Part shown: positions 38,263 to 51,516 of the stretch, in pieces
How the letters are laid out: each line of letters begins with the position of its first letter
Numbering within the stretch: the stretch's first letter is position 1
Assembly: GCA_964016885.1 (NCBI GenBank)
Contig: OZ024742.1
Location: 50,964,001-51,028,000 of the forward strand
Origin: Eledone cirrhosa
Taxonomy: Eukaryota
Direction of reading: 5' to 3'
DNA length: 64,000 nucleotides
Made by a program: the position numbers and the translations under genes
The notes under the pieces: model-generated
What the model was told of the DNA's origin: nothing
The model's input: the letters and a program-made list of their open reading frames with translations, nothing else
The model's database searches: none

Positions 38263-40901
38263 GATAAGCAGAACAAGTAAAATTCAATCAATTTTTCAAA
38301 ATACATTAAAAAATATAATATAAATATTTACCTCTTCTAGTGGCCCTTACTGATCAGTTTCGCTTTGTAAAACCTCATAAATCCGATGGATTCATGATGG
38401 AAAACCAAAGCTCATCAGAGAAGCATTTTCCCTTCCTAGGGCTAAACGTCCCAGGAACGACAAAATATACAACCTCCTGCCAGCTAATAAAGGTCTGAAA
38501 GGTCGTAAAAGTGACCCGTATGTAAACTGGACCGAAGTAAAAGCGGGAAAATCAAAGACTTGCTGTCTACAATTACTACTAAAGAAATAGCAGTCTAGTA
38601 AAGCAACAGATTTGTTCTCAACGGACGGAGAAAAAGGTAGAAGTTAATATGTCCAGGGATACTAGGTACCCCTAGAAATACATAGGTTGTCTATGATTCA
38701 AGGTTGTTCAATGGTGTTAATTTGATACACCAGAACTTTAATATTAAGATAAGCAGAACAAGTAAAATTCAATCAATTTTTCAAAATACATTAAAAAATA
38801 TAATATAAATATTTACCTCTTCTAGTGGCCCTTACTGATCAGTTTCGCTTTGTAAAACCTCATAAATCCGATGGATTCATGATGGAAAACCAAAGCTCAT
38901 CAGAGAAGCATTTTCCCTTCCTAGGGCTAAACGTCCCAGGAACGACAAAATATACAACCTCCTGCCAGCTAATAAAGGTCTGAAAGGTCGTAAAAGTGAC
39001 CCGTATGTAAACTGGACCGAAGTAAAAGCGGGAAAATCAAAGACTTGCTGTCTACAATTACTACTAAAGAAATAGCAGTCTAGTAAAGCAACAGATTTGT
39101 TCTCAACGGACCTTTATTAGCTGGCAGGAGGTTGTATATTTTGTCGTTCCTGGGACGTTTAGCCCTAGGAAGGGAAAATGCTTCTCTGATGAGCTTTGGT
39201 TTTCCATCATGAATCCATCGGATTTATGAGGTTTTACAAAGCGAAACTGATCAGTAAGGGCCACTAGAAGAGGTAAATATTTATATTATATTTTTTAATG
39301 TATTTTGAAAAATTGATTGAATTTTACTTGTTCTGCTTATCTTAATATTAAAGTTCTGGTGTATCAAATTAACACCATTGAACAACCTTGAATCATAGAC
39401 AACCTATGTATTTCTAGGGGTACCTAGTATCCCTGGACATATTAACTTCTACCTTTTTCTCCGTCCGTTGAGAACAAATCTGTTGCTTTACTAGACTGCT
39501 ATTTCTTTAGTAGTAATTGTAGACAGCAAGTCTTTGATTTTCCCGCTTTTACTTCGGTCCAGTTTACATACGGGTCACTTTTACGACCTTTCAGACCTTT
39601 ATTAGCTGGCAGGAGGTTGTATATTTTGTCGTTCCTGGGACGTTTAGCCCTAGGAAGGGAAAATGCTTCTCTGATGAGCTTTGGTTTTCCATCATGAATC
39701 CATCGGATTTATGAGGTTTTACAAAGCGAAACTGATCAGTAAGGGCCACTAGAAGAGGTAAATATTTATATTATATTTTTTAATGTATTTTGAAAAATTG
39801 ATTGAATTTTACTTGTTCTGCTTATCTTAATATTAAAGTTCTGGTGTATCAAATTAACACCATTGAACAACCTTGAATCATAGACAACCTATGTATTTCT
39901 AGGGGTACCTAGTATCCCTGGACATATTAACTTCTACCTTTTTCTCCGTCCGTTGAGAACAAATCTGTTGCTTTACTAGACTGCTATTTCTTTAGTAGTA
40001 ATTGTAGACAGCAAGTCTTTGATTTTCCCGCTTTTACTTCGGTCCAGTTTACATACGGGTCACTTTTACGACCTTTCAGACCTTTATTAGCTGGCAGGAG
40101 GTTGTATATTTTGTCGTTCCTGGGACGTTTAGCCCTAGGAAGGGAAAATGCTTCTCTGATGAGCTTTGGTTTTCCATCATGAATCCATCGGATTTATGAG
40201 GTTTTACAAAGCGAAACTGATCAGTAAGGGCCACTAGAAGAGGTAAATATTTATATTATATTTTTTAATGTATTTTGAAAAATTGATTGAATTTTACTTG
40301 TTCTGCTTATCTTAATATTAAAGTTCTGGTGTATCAAATTAACACCATTGAACAACCTTGAATCATAGACAACCTATGTATTTCTAGGGGTACCTAGTAT
40401 CCCTGGACATATTAACTTCTACCTTTTTCTCCGTCCGTTGAGAACAAATCTGTTGCTTTACTAGACTGCTATTTCTTTAGTAGTAATTGTAGACAGCAAG
40501 TCTTTGATTTTCCCGCTTTTACTTCGGTCCAGTTTACATACGGGTCACTTTTACGACCTTTCAGACCTTTATTAGCTGGCAGGAGGTTGTATATTTTGTC
40601 GTTCCTGGGACGTTTAGCCCTAGGAAGGGAAAATGCTTCTCTGATGAGCTTTGGTTTTCCATCATGAATCCATCGGATTTATGAGGTTTTACAAAGCGAA
40701 ACTGATCAGTAAGGGCCACTAGAAGAGGTAAATATTTATATTATATTTTTTAATGTATTTTGAAAAATTGATTGAATTTTACTTGTTCTGCTTATCTTAA
40801 TATTAAAGTTCTGGTGTATCAAATTAACACCATTGAACAACCTTGAATCATAGACAACCTATGTATTTCTAGGGGTACCTAGTATCCCTGGACATATTAA
40901 C

Positions 40902-40906
<5 letters not shown>
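38256..40906. mobile_element. Retrozyme-like family L: inverted tandem array of a 485-bp HHR unit
   Basis: Minus arm 38256-39111 has HHRs at 38344-38423 and 38829-38908. Plus arm 39109-40906 has CTGATGA at 39186, 39671, 40156 and 40641. The copies look identical, and (TA)n lies at both ends. Confidence 0.95.
39181..39260 (+). ncRNA. Type I hammerhead ribozyme (family L; repeated every 485 bp)
   Basis: ttct-CTGATGA-gctttg...caaagc-GAAA-ctgatcag-TA-aggg. Confidence 0.88.
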
Positions 40907-40939
<33 letters not shown>

Positions 40940-41568
40940 TGGCAATATGTTTGCACACAATAAACACGGTCGAAATTTTTCTAAATATATATATTAAATA
41001 AATATATTAAATAAATATATAAATTGCTCACACACGTACTTTTTAACATATAAAATTACGAGCTTTCAACCATATTAATGTACTTTAAAACGTAATTCTC
41101 TATATGAAATGTAATTCAGTGAAAATTCTGTCTTAGAATTCATTCGATAGCCATGAGGTGTTTACTGCATAAAGTAATAAAGTTTCTTCCACTAAGGCTA
41201 GGTTTGGATAGTATCAAGAGAACAAGTGATGTTGAGTGAATTTGAAATTACTAAACAAGAAGAGATATTTTGATTTAGTGTATTTATATTGCAAAAAAAC
41301 AACATTGCTTTAAATATGCATACACTGATAAATACGTATAAATACACACATAAACATATATATCATATATATGTATGTGTATGTACGTGTGTGTGCATAT
41401 GTATTATATATGTATACACACACACACACAGGCACATACACACACACACATATATATATGTATATATATATATATGTATTTATATATATATATATATATG
41501 TATATACATATAAGTTAAAACAATGAAATAAAAAATCACGTCATTAGAAATATACACACACACACAAT

Positions 41569-41642
<74 letters not shown>

Positions 41643-42015
41643 AAAAGAGAACACAGGTAAGCATTAACACATCCAGATATTTCCGACTGTTTCATTGGTA
41701 AAGGCAACCTTATATCACTATACTGCAAATAGCAGCCAATCGATAATAACTGTTATTCACCTCCAAATTTTTAAAATAACGAATAAGTTACTTGTAAAAG
41801 TTTCTTAATATATAAAAAAAAAACATTTTGTTTAAATCGTATTTACTAGTATAGAGAGAGGGGAAGGAGGAGAAGAGTTAGGAAGTAAAGGGACAAACGG
41901 AAATGGAGGGAAGAGTAAAGATGGAAGGATTCCTCGATCAGTTTGGATTGGTAGACTTGATGTCGTCAATTTACAGTGTAGGTAGTTAAAGAGAATTAAA
42001 CTGTTTATAGAGGGA

Positions 42016-42018
<3 letters not shown>

Positions 42019-42053
<35 letters not shown>

Positions 42054-42110
42054 GAGAGAGGGAGAGAGAGAGAGAGATAGAGAGAGAGAGAAAGGGGATA
42101 GAGAGATAAA
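42019..42110. repeat. (GA)n microsatellite
   Basis: Direct observation. Confidence 0.9.
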
Positions 42111-42463
42111 TATATATATATAAAAAAGGGAGAAGAGAAAAACAAGAAAAGAAATGAGAACAAAAAAAAGAAAAGAGAGATCAGAAAAGAAGGAACGAAA
42201 AAAGAAAAAAGGAATGAAGGGGGAGAGAGGGATATAAGTTTTGGTTAGCGTGGGTAATTAAAGGGGTTAGATTTAATAAGAGGTTAGAAAGTCTAAGTAT
42301 ATGCAGTCTGTCAGGTGGTAGTAGGGGGTTCTCTTTTATTATACTCCAAGATTGAACGGCATTTACTAACCAGATTCTTTCAAACTTGTGGAGTTACTCC
42401 TAACCGTACGTTAAGCAGGAACTGGATTACAATAAGCAATTTTCTGCTTTCCTAAATATCTAT

Positions 42464-42502
<39 letters not shown>

Positions 42503-42546
<44 letters not shown>

Positions 42547-42572
42547 GTAGTAGTAGTAGTAGTAGAAGTAGT
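42503..42572. repeat. (TAG)n microsatellite
   Basis: Direct observation. Confidence 0.9.
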
Positions 42573-42867
42573 AAGAAAATCTCAGATGTTGTGAACAGCA
42601 GAGGGTCTTCATAGAATAAATACATCTCAAACAACATAAATATTTACACTCTAATGGGGGCGGGCCCCATCCAAGTCATGACTGCTCGTAGTCCTTCTGC
42701 TGACATTTAACCATTTGGATATTGGGTAATTGTTCTTTATTTAAGATGTTTTAGCTACTCTTCGACCAGATCTACCTCGAAATGCTGGTCTCTACTTCTG
42801 TTATTGAATTTAGAGTTTTGGTCCTTTCTTCCAATGGATTGAATGTTGTTTCATGATATGGTGCTTA

Positions 42868-43289
<422 letters not shown>

Positions 43290-44320
43290 TAACAGATTAA
43301 AGTTTAAGCAAAGAATCGCTGCTTTCACCCTTAACGGGATCTTCTGAAACTAACAAAGTCAATCTGTAAACGCAGAACTGGATATTTCAAAAAACGTTGC
43401 AACCGGAGGAAGATAGGAAGACGATACTTTGGTTCATGGTCACGTTCGCTGGCAAAGAACGGGAAAAAGTGAATAATACGTCATTAATAGGAGCGGTGAA
43501 AGACAATTACGTGCAAGGACAGAACCACGTTTATGGTATAAAAGAGGTCGTAGACTAATGTTCTCTAAATGGTGCATAGAGACGTTCTCTGGCAATGAAC
43601 GAAAAAACGAAGATAATAAGTCATATGTGGAGCGTGGAGAACAATAGCGTGCAAAGACACAACCACGTAAATGGTATAGCAGAAATCGTAGACTAAAATT
43701 CTAACTAGAAGACCGAATGAATCTCCGCTACAGAGTTAAGAACAAAGTAAATAAATACAATACAGAAGTAATAGGAACAAATAAATACATACACGCAAAC
43801 AGATACGTACATACACAAGCATACGCAAAACCTTACCATAGGTATACAAAACCACACACATATAAATATGTGTATCTGTGTATGCTTGTGTACAAATAAA
43901 TAAATAATTATATAAACGTATATAAGTAAATAAATACGTATATAACAAGCGCACACACATACCTACAAATAAATACATGAAGGTTCGGAGACGTAAGTCA
44001 ACTAAAACAGAAGTACACATAAACACACACCCACCATACGTACGAACCTGCATACTCACGCAGACGCAAAACTCCCATATACACATAACCAAGCCCTAAA
44101 TACCAGAATATGTAAAAAGTATACGCCAAAACAGTCAAATATACGTACGAGAAGGTATACATACCTTCACAAAGCATACGGGTAATATATACTTACCTAT
44201 GCAAATAAGTAAAGGAATAAACAAAACATATACTTAGCTCCCACATCAAGACGTAAATATCCGCGTATAGATCGTGCTATCCGTTAGGGTATAACGTAGG
44301 GCTGTAATACAGGAAAGTTT

Positions 44321-44385
44321 TGTGCAATTTATGTTTTGTGCAATTTATGTTTTGTGCAATTTATGTTTTGTGCAGTTTATGTTTT
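44321..44385. repeat. 16-bp tandem repeat x4 at the broken end of the PLE ORF
   Basis: tgtgcaatttatgttt units start at 44321, 44337, 44353 and 44369. Confidence 0.85.
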
Positions 44386-45840
44386 TAGGATCTCCCAGTG
44401 TAACTTATATTGGGTGTGGTTGTCTTTTAGACTCCAGATATAAGCTGAAAGTGACGTCATATTCCTTCTTAGAGGGTAACGAAAAGAATGGGTATGCATG
44501 TAAAGACGCTGCTTGAAACTATTGGCGGTTAACCCTATGTAGGCCCTACGGGACGTGGGTGTTACAACCTTACATTTGTAGACAATGTTACTAGAGAGGT
44601 ATTTCCCGGATAGGGGACAATCAGCCCGATTCCTACAATTACAGTTAGAACTAACTACAGGGTTGCACGTGTTCCTACGGCTAGGTATTTTAGCTAAATT
44701 TGAAGCTGTGATCTTATGTGCAAGGTTAGAAGTCGTTGAGTAAGAAATTTTAATAGTGTTTCTATTAAAAATTTTACTATGTTTATGTGTAGGGGGAAAA
44801 TGCTTCGTAATAAGGGAAAGAAAGATCTTAGCTAATGGTGTGGCCACCTCCATATTATATGGTGGGTTAAACCAACAAATGCGACGGGATCTATTTCTTC
44901 TAGGTCTATTCTCGTACTCTGTATATGCTACCTTATCGACAAATCCACTTCGAGCAAGAGCTTCATTGTAATAAGTGGAATGGTCGTTGAAAATGCGCTC
45001 GTTGGTGGAAAGACGGGAAACTCTCAACGAACGTTTTTTACCGGGTTCTTGGTTATGCTGGCAGGATGGTTGGAATGCTTACTTATGTAATTAAGCGTAT
45101 CATTCGGCTTTCTATACGGGTAATGCAACCCATTCAATAAATTGAGGGTAACGTCGAGGTAATTAACGACCGAGAGATTGGCCTCAACCTGTATAGAGAG
45201 GTTGAAGCCTTTAAAGAAGGCTGTGAGTTCTTTTCTGAATCTGTCGCAAGCACGAGGTCCGCACTTAGTCATGGTCAAAAGGCCATCGTCACGGTACAAA
45301 CCACCGCCCGCGTTGGGGAATTCGTCCTTGATAGAGAAAAGAAGGAAAAGGCCAATAAGATCAGTAACTTCCGCAGAGTCACTGGCGCCCATACTCACGT
45401 CGAATGGGGTACTATTGGATTTTTTAATCCAAATAGAATCGTCGAAATTAATCACCGACTTTCGGGCATTAAGGATGACATCAACTTCGAAATCCGTAAC
45501 CACTGTGAGTGTTTTAGCGAAATTGATAGCTCTAAGGAGAAGTGGTAAAGTGATGGAGGAGTAGTAATTGTTGATGTCGAATTGGATAAAACGGCAATGT
45601 TCCTTGTTACATATGCCGTTGAACCAATCAATCACCGCGTAAGAATTGTTCCACAGTGCGAGAGGGGCCAAATTTCTAATTTCAGGTATAATTCTATCAA
45701 GAATCATTTTACTAAGTCTACCTAAATCGGACTTCGTAGGGTTAATAAGCCGAATAGAGGGGTTGTTCGGAAAATTGGATTTGTGGTCCTTCAGGGTAAA
45801 GTGGGGAGAGATAGGGTCCAGGGGTACGGTCCGGTCCAGG
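44377..45840 (-). pseudogene. PLE RT + GIY-YIG, N-terminally truncated and frameshifted near 45024
   Basis: LKDHK, FIQFDINNYYSSI, MGASDS, GLYRDDGL, YLDVTL, CNCRNRADCPL, IVYKC..YIGLT..FKQRLYMH. Confidence 0.9.
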
Positions 45841-46254
45841 ATGTTGAGATCAGATGTGATTTTAAACCCAGCATGTAGCGGAGATTCATTCGGTCTCCTA
45901 GTTAGAATTTTAGTCTACGACTTCTGCTATACCATTTACGTGGTTTTGTCTTTGCACGCTATTGTTCTCCACGCTCCACATATGACTTATTATCTTCGTT
46001 TTTTCGTTCATTGCCAGAGAACGTCTCTATGCACCATTTAGAGAACATTAGTCTACGACCTCTTTTATACCATAAACGTGGTTCTGTCCTTGCACGTAAT
46101 TGTCTTTCACCGCTCCTATTAATGACGTATTATTCGTTTTTCCCCGTTCTTTGCCAGCGAACGTCACCATGAACCAAAGTATCGTCTTCCTGTCTTCCTC
46201 CGGTTGCAACGTTTTTTGAAATATCCAGTTCTGCGTTTACAGATTGACTTTGTT

Positions 46255-46305
46255 AGTTTCAGAAGATCCCGTTAAGGGTGAAAGCAGCGATTCTTTGCTT
46301 AAACT
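46255..46305 (+). ncRNA. Hammerhead-like motif with CAGAAGA core (family F)
   Basis: agttt-CAGAAGA-t ccc gttaa ggg t-GAAA-gcag..ttgc-TT-aaact. The same motif occurs at 15913-15963 and 43301-43351 (minus). Confidence 0.65.
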
Positions 46306-46411
46306 TTAATCTGTTATTTAAATAAATATTTGCTCTTCGGTCCTTATATATTTGATATATATTTTCCTTATCGAGCCCTCTCTGGATTTTAGTCTTCAAT
46401 GTTATTATTAT

Positions 46412-46462
<51 letters not shown>

Positions 46463-46569
46463 AATATATATATATATACATAATATACATATATATATAT
46501 ATATATATGTGTGTGGGGGGGGGGTATATATATATTATTAATATGTATTGAATATATATATATATATAT

Positions 46570-47160
46570 ACATGAAAGGATAACAAGGACGATTAGTTAC
46601 TCCTTCATTACATTTATTGGTAGGTGACGCGCGTTTCGCCACTGATCAGCTCAAGGTTCGATCTGTATCGATCTTACCCGACTCTATAAGTGGCAGCTTG
46701 AGGGAACCTTTAAAGTGCTATAAGAAAATGAATACATGCTATATGATAAAGTCAGAAGTTCATGTGTTGGTCAATATGAATTGTTTTGGTTGGAGGAATA
46801 TATCATAGGGATGTATTCACCTGTAGTGTATGTTGGGGTGGATGTGATGATAAGATGTTGGTGACGGTCGCTGGCTGTGTTGGGCTGTGGTGTGGTGGTG
46901 GCGGATTGACTTTCACCTGTAGTGTCGTGTTGGTGGATGTGAAGATAAGCTGGTGGTGACGGTCACTGACTGGGATGGGCTGTGGTGTTGGGGTGATGGA
47001 TCGGTGGTAGACCAATTGGCGTATATTTGTAGCTGATTATTGTGTGTGGTGAGGGTGTGGTGTTGTTGTTTATGGTAATGGCGTTTTTGGTGGTGTAGTG
47101 GATGTGTTGTTGGTGTCAATTCCATGGGGAGATACATACCTAGACACTCTTGGTCTGACA
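46570..47160 (-). mobile_element. PLE 3' remnant with half hammerhead
   Basis: Minus strand reads gccact...agtggc-GAAA-cgcgcg-TC-acct, with the CTGA core decayed. An SPHGID-like endonuclease tail lies near 47115. Confidence 0.45.
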
Positions 47161-47518
47161 AATACGTTGTATACATATACATGCTTATATATACTGACAT
47201 ATATACACATACATACTTATATACAAACACATACACACGCACACATACACCCACATATACATATATTTATATGCATATTCACACACATGTATGCATGCAC
47301 GCGTGTGGATATATATATAGAGAGAGGGGAGTAACAGTGGGGGAGGCGTAGTTCATAGATAGAGGGGGGTGAGAGCCAATGGAGATGGTGTTGTACATAT
47401 AGACATACACATACATACACTGATTCTCTTTTTTCTGTGATACCATACTCTGCTCTACGAGAGCATCGAGTGCTCATACGGCCTACCGCATACGGACGCT
47501 TTAAGAATCCAACAGCAG

Positions 47519-47551
<33 letters not shown>

Positions 47552-47552
47552 C

Positions 47553-48868
47553 ATGATCATAATCATGATCATCATCATCAACATCATCATTTTACGTCCG
47601 CTTCTCCTTGCTTGCAAAGGTTGGACGGGTCCTATTCAGCACAGCATCTCTCCACTTGTCACGGTCCTTCGTCATCTCCTCGTTGAGTTTCAGCGATCTG
47701 AGGTCTGCTGTCACCACCTCCGCCCATGTTTTACGTGGAAGACCTCAACAGCGTCTTCCTTCTACTGGGATTTCTTGGCACTTCTTTACCCAGCGGTCAT
47801 CGTCTATGCGCATCACATGTCCATACCATTTAGCCTTCTCTCCTGCACACCATAACTTATCCCTCTTATACCTAGTTTCCTTCTCAACTCGTCTATGTTT
47901 GGTCCTTCACGCATACTTGCTTCATTTCTCTCTAGCCGTCGCATATCCTCAGCAGATGCTGTCCATGTTTCACTACCATGCAGCATCGCGCATCTCACAT
48001 AGGCATCATATAACCACCCTTCCGTAAGCAGGGAGAAAACCTTCTTTGTCAACAAAGGAAGCAGCTCCCTAAACTTCTTCCAACCCGTCCTTATTCGAGA
48101 TAATATGGCCTCGGCATGCCCCCTCCCATGCTAATTTGATCACCCTAGGTACCGGAAGCTATCAAACACTTCTATAGAATCCACCTGCATTGGAAAAATG
48201 TGTCTATCACTGCGATTACTACTGCCAACACTCCCTGTACATTTACTGCATACGTAATTTTCCCTACCTGTTAGTTTGGCTGCTATCCCACTACATCTCT
48301 TGTGTACCCAATATCTGCATTGCGTACATTTTATGGAATTTATGCCAATTCCTTTCCTACATATCGAACATGGCCATTTCCCTGATGGAATCGGAGTATT
48401 GTCCTCTCTTCTATTTATCAACAATTTTGTCTTAGCTATGTTCACTCTCAGTCTTCTTGATTCCAACTGATGTTTCCATAGCCAGAATTTATTCTCTCGC
48501 TCCTCTACTGATTCTGCTATACGAGCTAGATCATCAGCATAGAGAAGTTCCCATGGGCATCCAGTCTTAAACTCCTCTGTTATGGCTTGGAGGACTATAA
48601 AGAACAAGAGCCGGCTGAGGACCGAACCCTGATGTACACCTACTTTTATCTGGAAATCCCCACTAAACACCACACTTACTCTCATTTTACGGACAGCACC
48701 ACCGTACATACCTTGCACTGCCCTCACAAGCCATTCCTCTACACCTAGTTACCTTAGGGACCACCAGATGACAGATCGGGGTACCCTATCAAAGGCCATC
48801 TCTAGGTCAACAAAAGCTAAGTATAGTGGCTTATTCTTCTCTAAGAACTTCTCTTGTAGTTGCCTCAC
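47553..48868 (-). mobile_element. RTE-clade LINE 3' portion (RT) with (TGA)n tail
   Basis: AFVDLEMAFDRV, GVHQGSVLS, WELLYADDL, CTQCRYWVHKRCSG, FRYLG, MLHGSETW. An (ATC)n tail is on plus at 47553-47590. Confidence 0.9.
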
Positions 48869-48885
48869 TATATATATATATATAT

Positions 48886-49060
48886 TTAATATAGAAATCG
48901 CTTCTACAGGACTAGAACTGTTTCAGACTTCCTGACGATTTCTCCCGAATGAAACAGTTCTAGTCCTGTAGAAGCCATTTCTATATTAATTATTTATACT
49001 CTGCTTTGTATTGAGTACCTTACCTACAGTGGTTACCCCGATTGAACCCGGGATAAACTT
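48886..49060 (+). mobile_element. Tail-out pseudo-LTR element with HHR at 48928-48974 (family M)
   Basis: cttc-CTGACGA-t ttc tccc gaa t-GAAA-cag ttctagtc ctg-TA-gaag. A short inverted arm spans 48886-48924. Confidence 0.8.
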
Positions 49061-49087
49061 ATATATATATATATATATATATATATA

Positions 49088-49275
49088 ACGAATGAATTGT
49101 TGTAAGGAACCAGATGGACCATAACACACCAAAGTACTGAATACTTAGGGTAGTAGAGTGGGTAATAGGAACAAGTATGACCTCGACGGCAGAGCTCAAG
49201 CCGTTTCGACGACTATTTCAGTCCAGAAATAGCCGTCGAAACCGCTTGAGCTCTGCCGCAGGGGTCATACTTATT

Positions 49276-49280
<5 letters not shown>
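49088..49280. mobile_element. Palindromic element bearing the 3' half of a hammerhead
   Basis: Arms 49164-49217 and 49222-49280 are inverted. Minus strand reads GAAA-cggc ttgagctct gccg-TC. Confidence 0.6.
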
Positions 49281-49325
<45 letters not shown>

Positions 49326-49329
<4 letters not shown>

Positions 49330-49439
49330 AATCAGAGTATAAATATTTAATATAGAAATGGCTTCTACAGGACTAGAACTGCTTCGTTCGGGAGAAATCA
49401 TCAGAAAGCCTGAAATAGTTCTAGTCCTTTAGAAGCGAT

Positions 49440-49440
<1 letters not shown>
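49326..49440 (-). mobile_element. Inverted duplicate of the family M element, HHR at 49360-49410
   Basis: Minus strand: ggcttt-CTGATGA-tttctcccgaac-GAAG-cagttctagtcctg-TA-gaagcc. Confidence 0.75.
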
Positions 49441-49476
<36 letters not shown>

Positions 49477-49484
49477 TGTGTGTA

Positions 49485-49515
<31 letters not shown>

Positions 49516-50217
49516 AGTATAAGTAGTGTTTAAGGAAAAACTAGGCAAGAGGAAATAAAGAAATTTAAAGAAATAAGTATTATCTTATATTTCCTAACAC
49601 ATGTTTCATCACCGTTAGGCAATCTTCAATGTCAGCTAAATAGAAGTATCCTTTTATTTATTCTTTCACCCACATTATGTTTGCGTTTAGCCAGTTAAAG
49701 GAAAGAATTGATGATAATATTTACTTACAAGAATATTTTAGGTATACTTTTTGTACAAACGGAATGTGGAGGAAGTATATTAATGATGTTGCCGTAATTA
49801 GAAATCAATTGGCGTAAAAAAGACTATTCATATAATTCACGTTAGGAAATGGGAGTAGCTGTTGCCCTGAAATGAAGCTCGGCATGAAATCTACTCACGG
49901 AATAATTATATCATTTATGGGATAAGAAACGAGAGAGACAGCGTAACAAGTATGTTACTTTGAAAGATGAGAGTGTTATACATGATCACAGAGTTTAGGT
50001 CGGCATTAAAAAAAACGTCGTTTGGAGCCAGCCTTTATTTTCATATAATTCTGCCGGTCACAAGAGAGATAGTTCGTATGTGATTGGGTGTAGAGTAACG
50101 AGATGAATTCTTAAGCTAGAGAAAGTTTTTAGGGATTTATGTTGCAAATAGAAGATTCTGTCCTGTCCAGAGTTCAATAAATATTTACCGGTAATAAATT
50201 CTAACACATACATATAG

Positions 50218-50405
50218 TATCTACTTTTGGCACAAGGCCATCAATTTTACCAGTGAATTACTGGTACTTTATTTTATCGACCCAGTAAGGATGAAACGCA
50301 AAGTTAACCTCGGCGGGATTTGAACTCAGACCATAAAGGCCGGTAACTCATTGCTGCAAGCATGGCGCCCAACCCTCTATCGATACTGTCAATCAACCGC
50401 CCTAT
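50218..50405 (-). mobile_element. tRNA-derived SINE
   Basis: B-box-like gagttcaaatccc on minus, and a body shared with 23606 and 54836. Confidence 0.75.
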
Positions 50406-50514
50406 ACCCAACACATATATCGCACATGTATGTTTTTTCTCCACTATTGTTTTCATTTTCCCCGTTTCTTCTTCTCACCACTCTTTACTTCCAACTTACC
50501 TTCTATTTCTAACT

Positions 50515-50556
50515 GTGTGTTCTGATGAAGGACTAGTGTCCAAAACGTTAAGACAC
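50515..50556 (+). ncRNA. Decayed minimal hammerhead (G12A)
   Basis: gtgtgtt-CTGATGA-a ggac tagt gtcc-AAAA-cg-TT-aagacac. Confidence 0.5.
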
Positions 50557-51456
50557 TCTTCCTGCTATTTCAAGCGTTAAACTAATATATTCTTTCCATA
50601 TATTGGGCCGTTTGTTTTGATATTACTTTTACATACATACATAATATATATATTTACAGAGAGAGAAACAGATATATATATAGAGAGAGAATTAGGGATA
50701 TGATTCTTAAATATATTTGAATAATTAAAGATGTCTCTTTCTTGACGTACAAAGTTGATGTTTGTAGTATACAACTATTATATTGTGTTCGTTGATAAAC
50801 ATGTATTTCTTCTACAAGTGGAAACCACTATTTTGTTACACACAGTTATCGCCAACACTAAATTCGAGAATCATATTTAATTGAACAGTGTGTGCGTAAA
50901 CTGAAACTTTTATGGTTTATATTCAGCCATCTGCAATTATAAATAATTCCTCGTTCTTTACATGAAGTAGTACGCTACTACTTTTCGCTGATTGTTTATT
51001 TCTATTTTCTTCTGGAAGAAATAGTCCATGCACACTTGTCAACTAGCCTCCGTATGAATACACCATGATGAAAGGGAAGGTTGAAATTGGTTGACCACAG
51101 CGTGTAAGGAGCCAGTAGAAATAACGCAACCACATTTTATCTTACAATCCTACCAAATCAATACTTGGAAAGGAAAAGAAGAATTTAAAGCAATTTACCT
51201 GAAATTATAGAGGAAATCTAACCTTAGTCAACATATTAAGATTAAATAGAGGAAAAATGATTAGTTATGTTATTTAGCAGACGATAGAATATTTTATCAG
51301 CCTAGTTGCTTATAGTATCAGATTGTCATGATTTGTCAATATGCTTACATATCCAGTAGGCCATCTATCAAATGTTAAAAGAAATATAAAAAAGGTAAAA
51401 GTTGAGAGTGAAGAGCAACCAGATGTTAACACACACAAACATATATTCACACACAA

Positions 51457-51516
<60 letters not shown>

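Noticed and set aside
38256-40906. CRISPR-like or plain satellite interpretation of the regular array
   Set aside because: The units are identical over their full 485 bp with no unique spacers. The HHRs and inverted arms fit a retroelement better.
42240-42860. Possible old LINE fragment on minus (VNAVQSW-like); similar weak signals at 29140-29750 and 59250-59560
   Set aside because: Too degenerate to assign without a profile search.
45178-46041. Plus-strand ORFs of 128 and 131 aa
   Set aside because: They are antisense shadows of the PLE RT and pseudo-LTR.
49595-49635. HHR-like TTGAAGA...GAAA-catg on minus; also CTGATGA at 52379 and at about 58873 (minus)
   Set aside because: Each has multiple core defects (G at the cleavage site or missing GAAA) and no convincing stem I.
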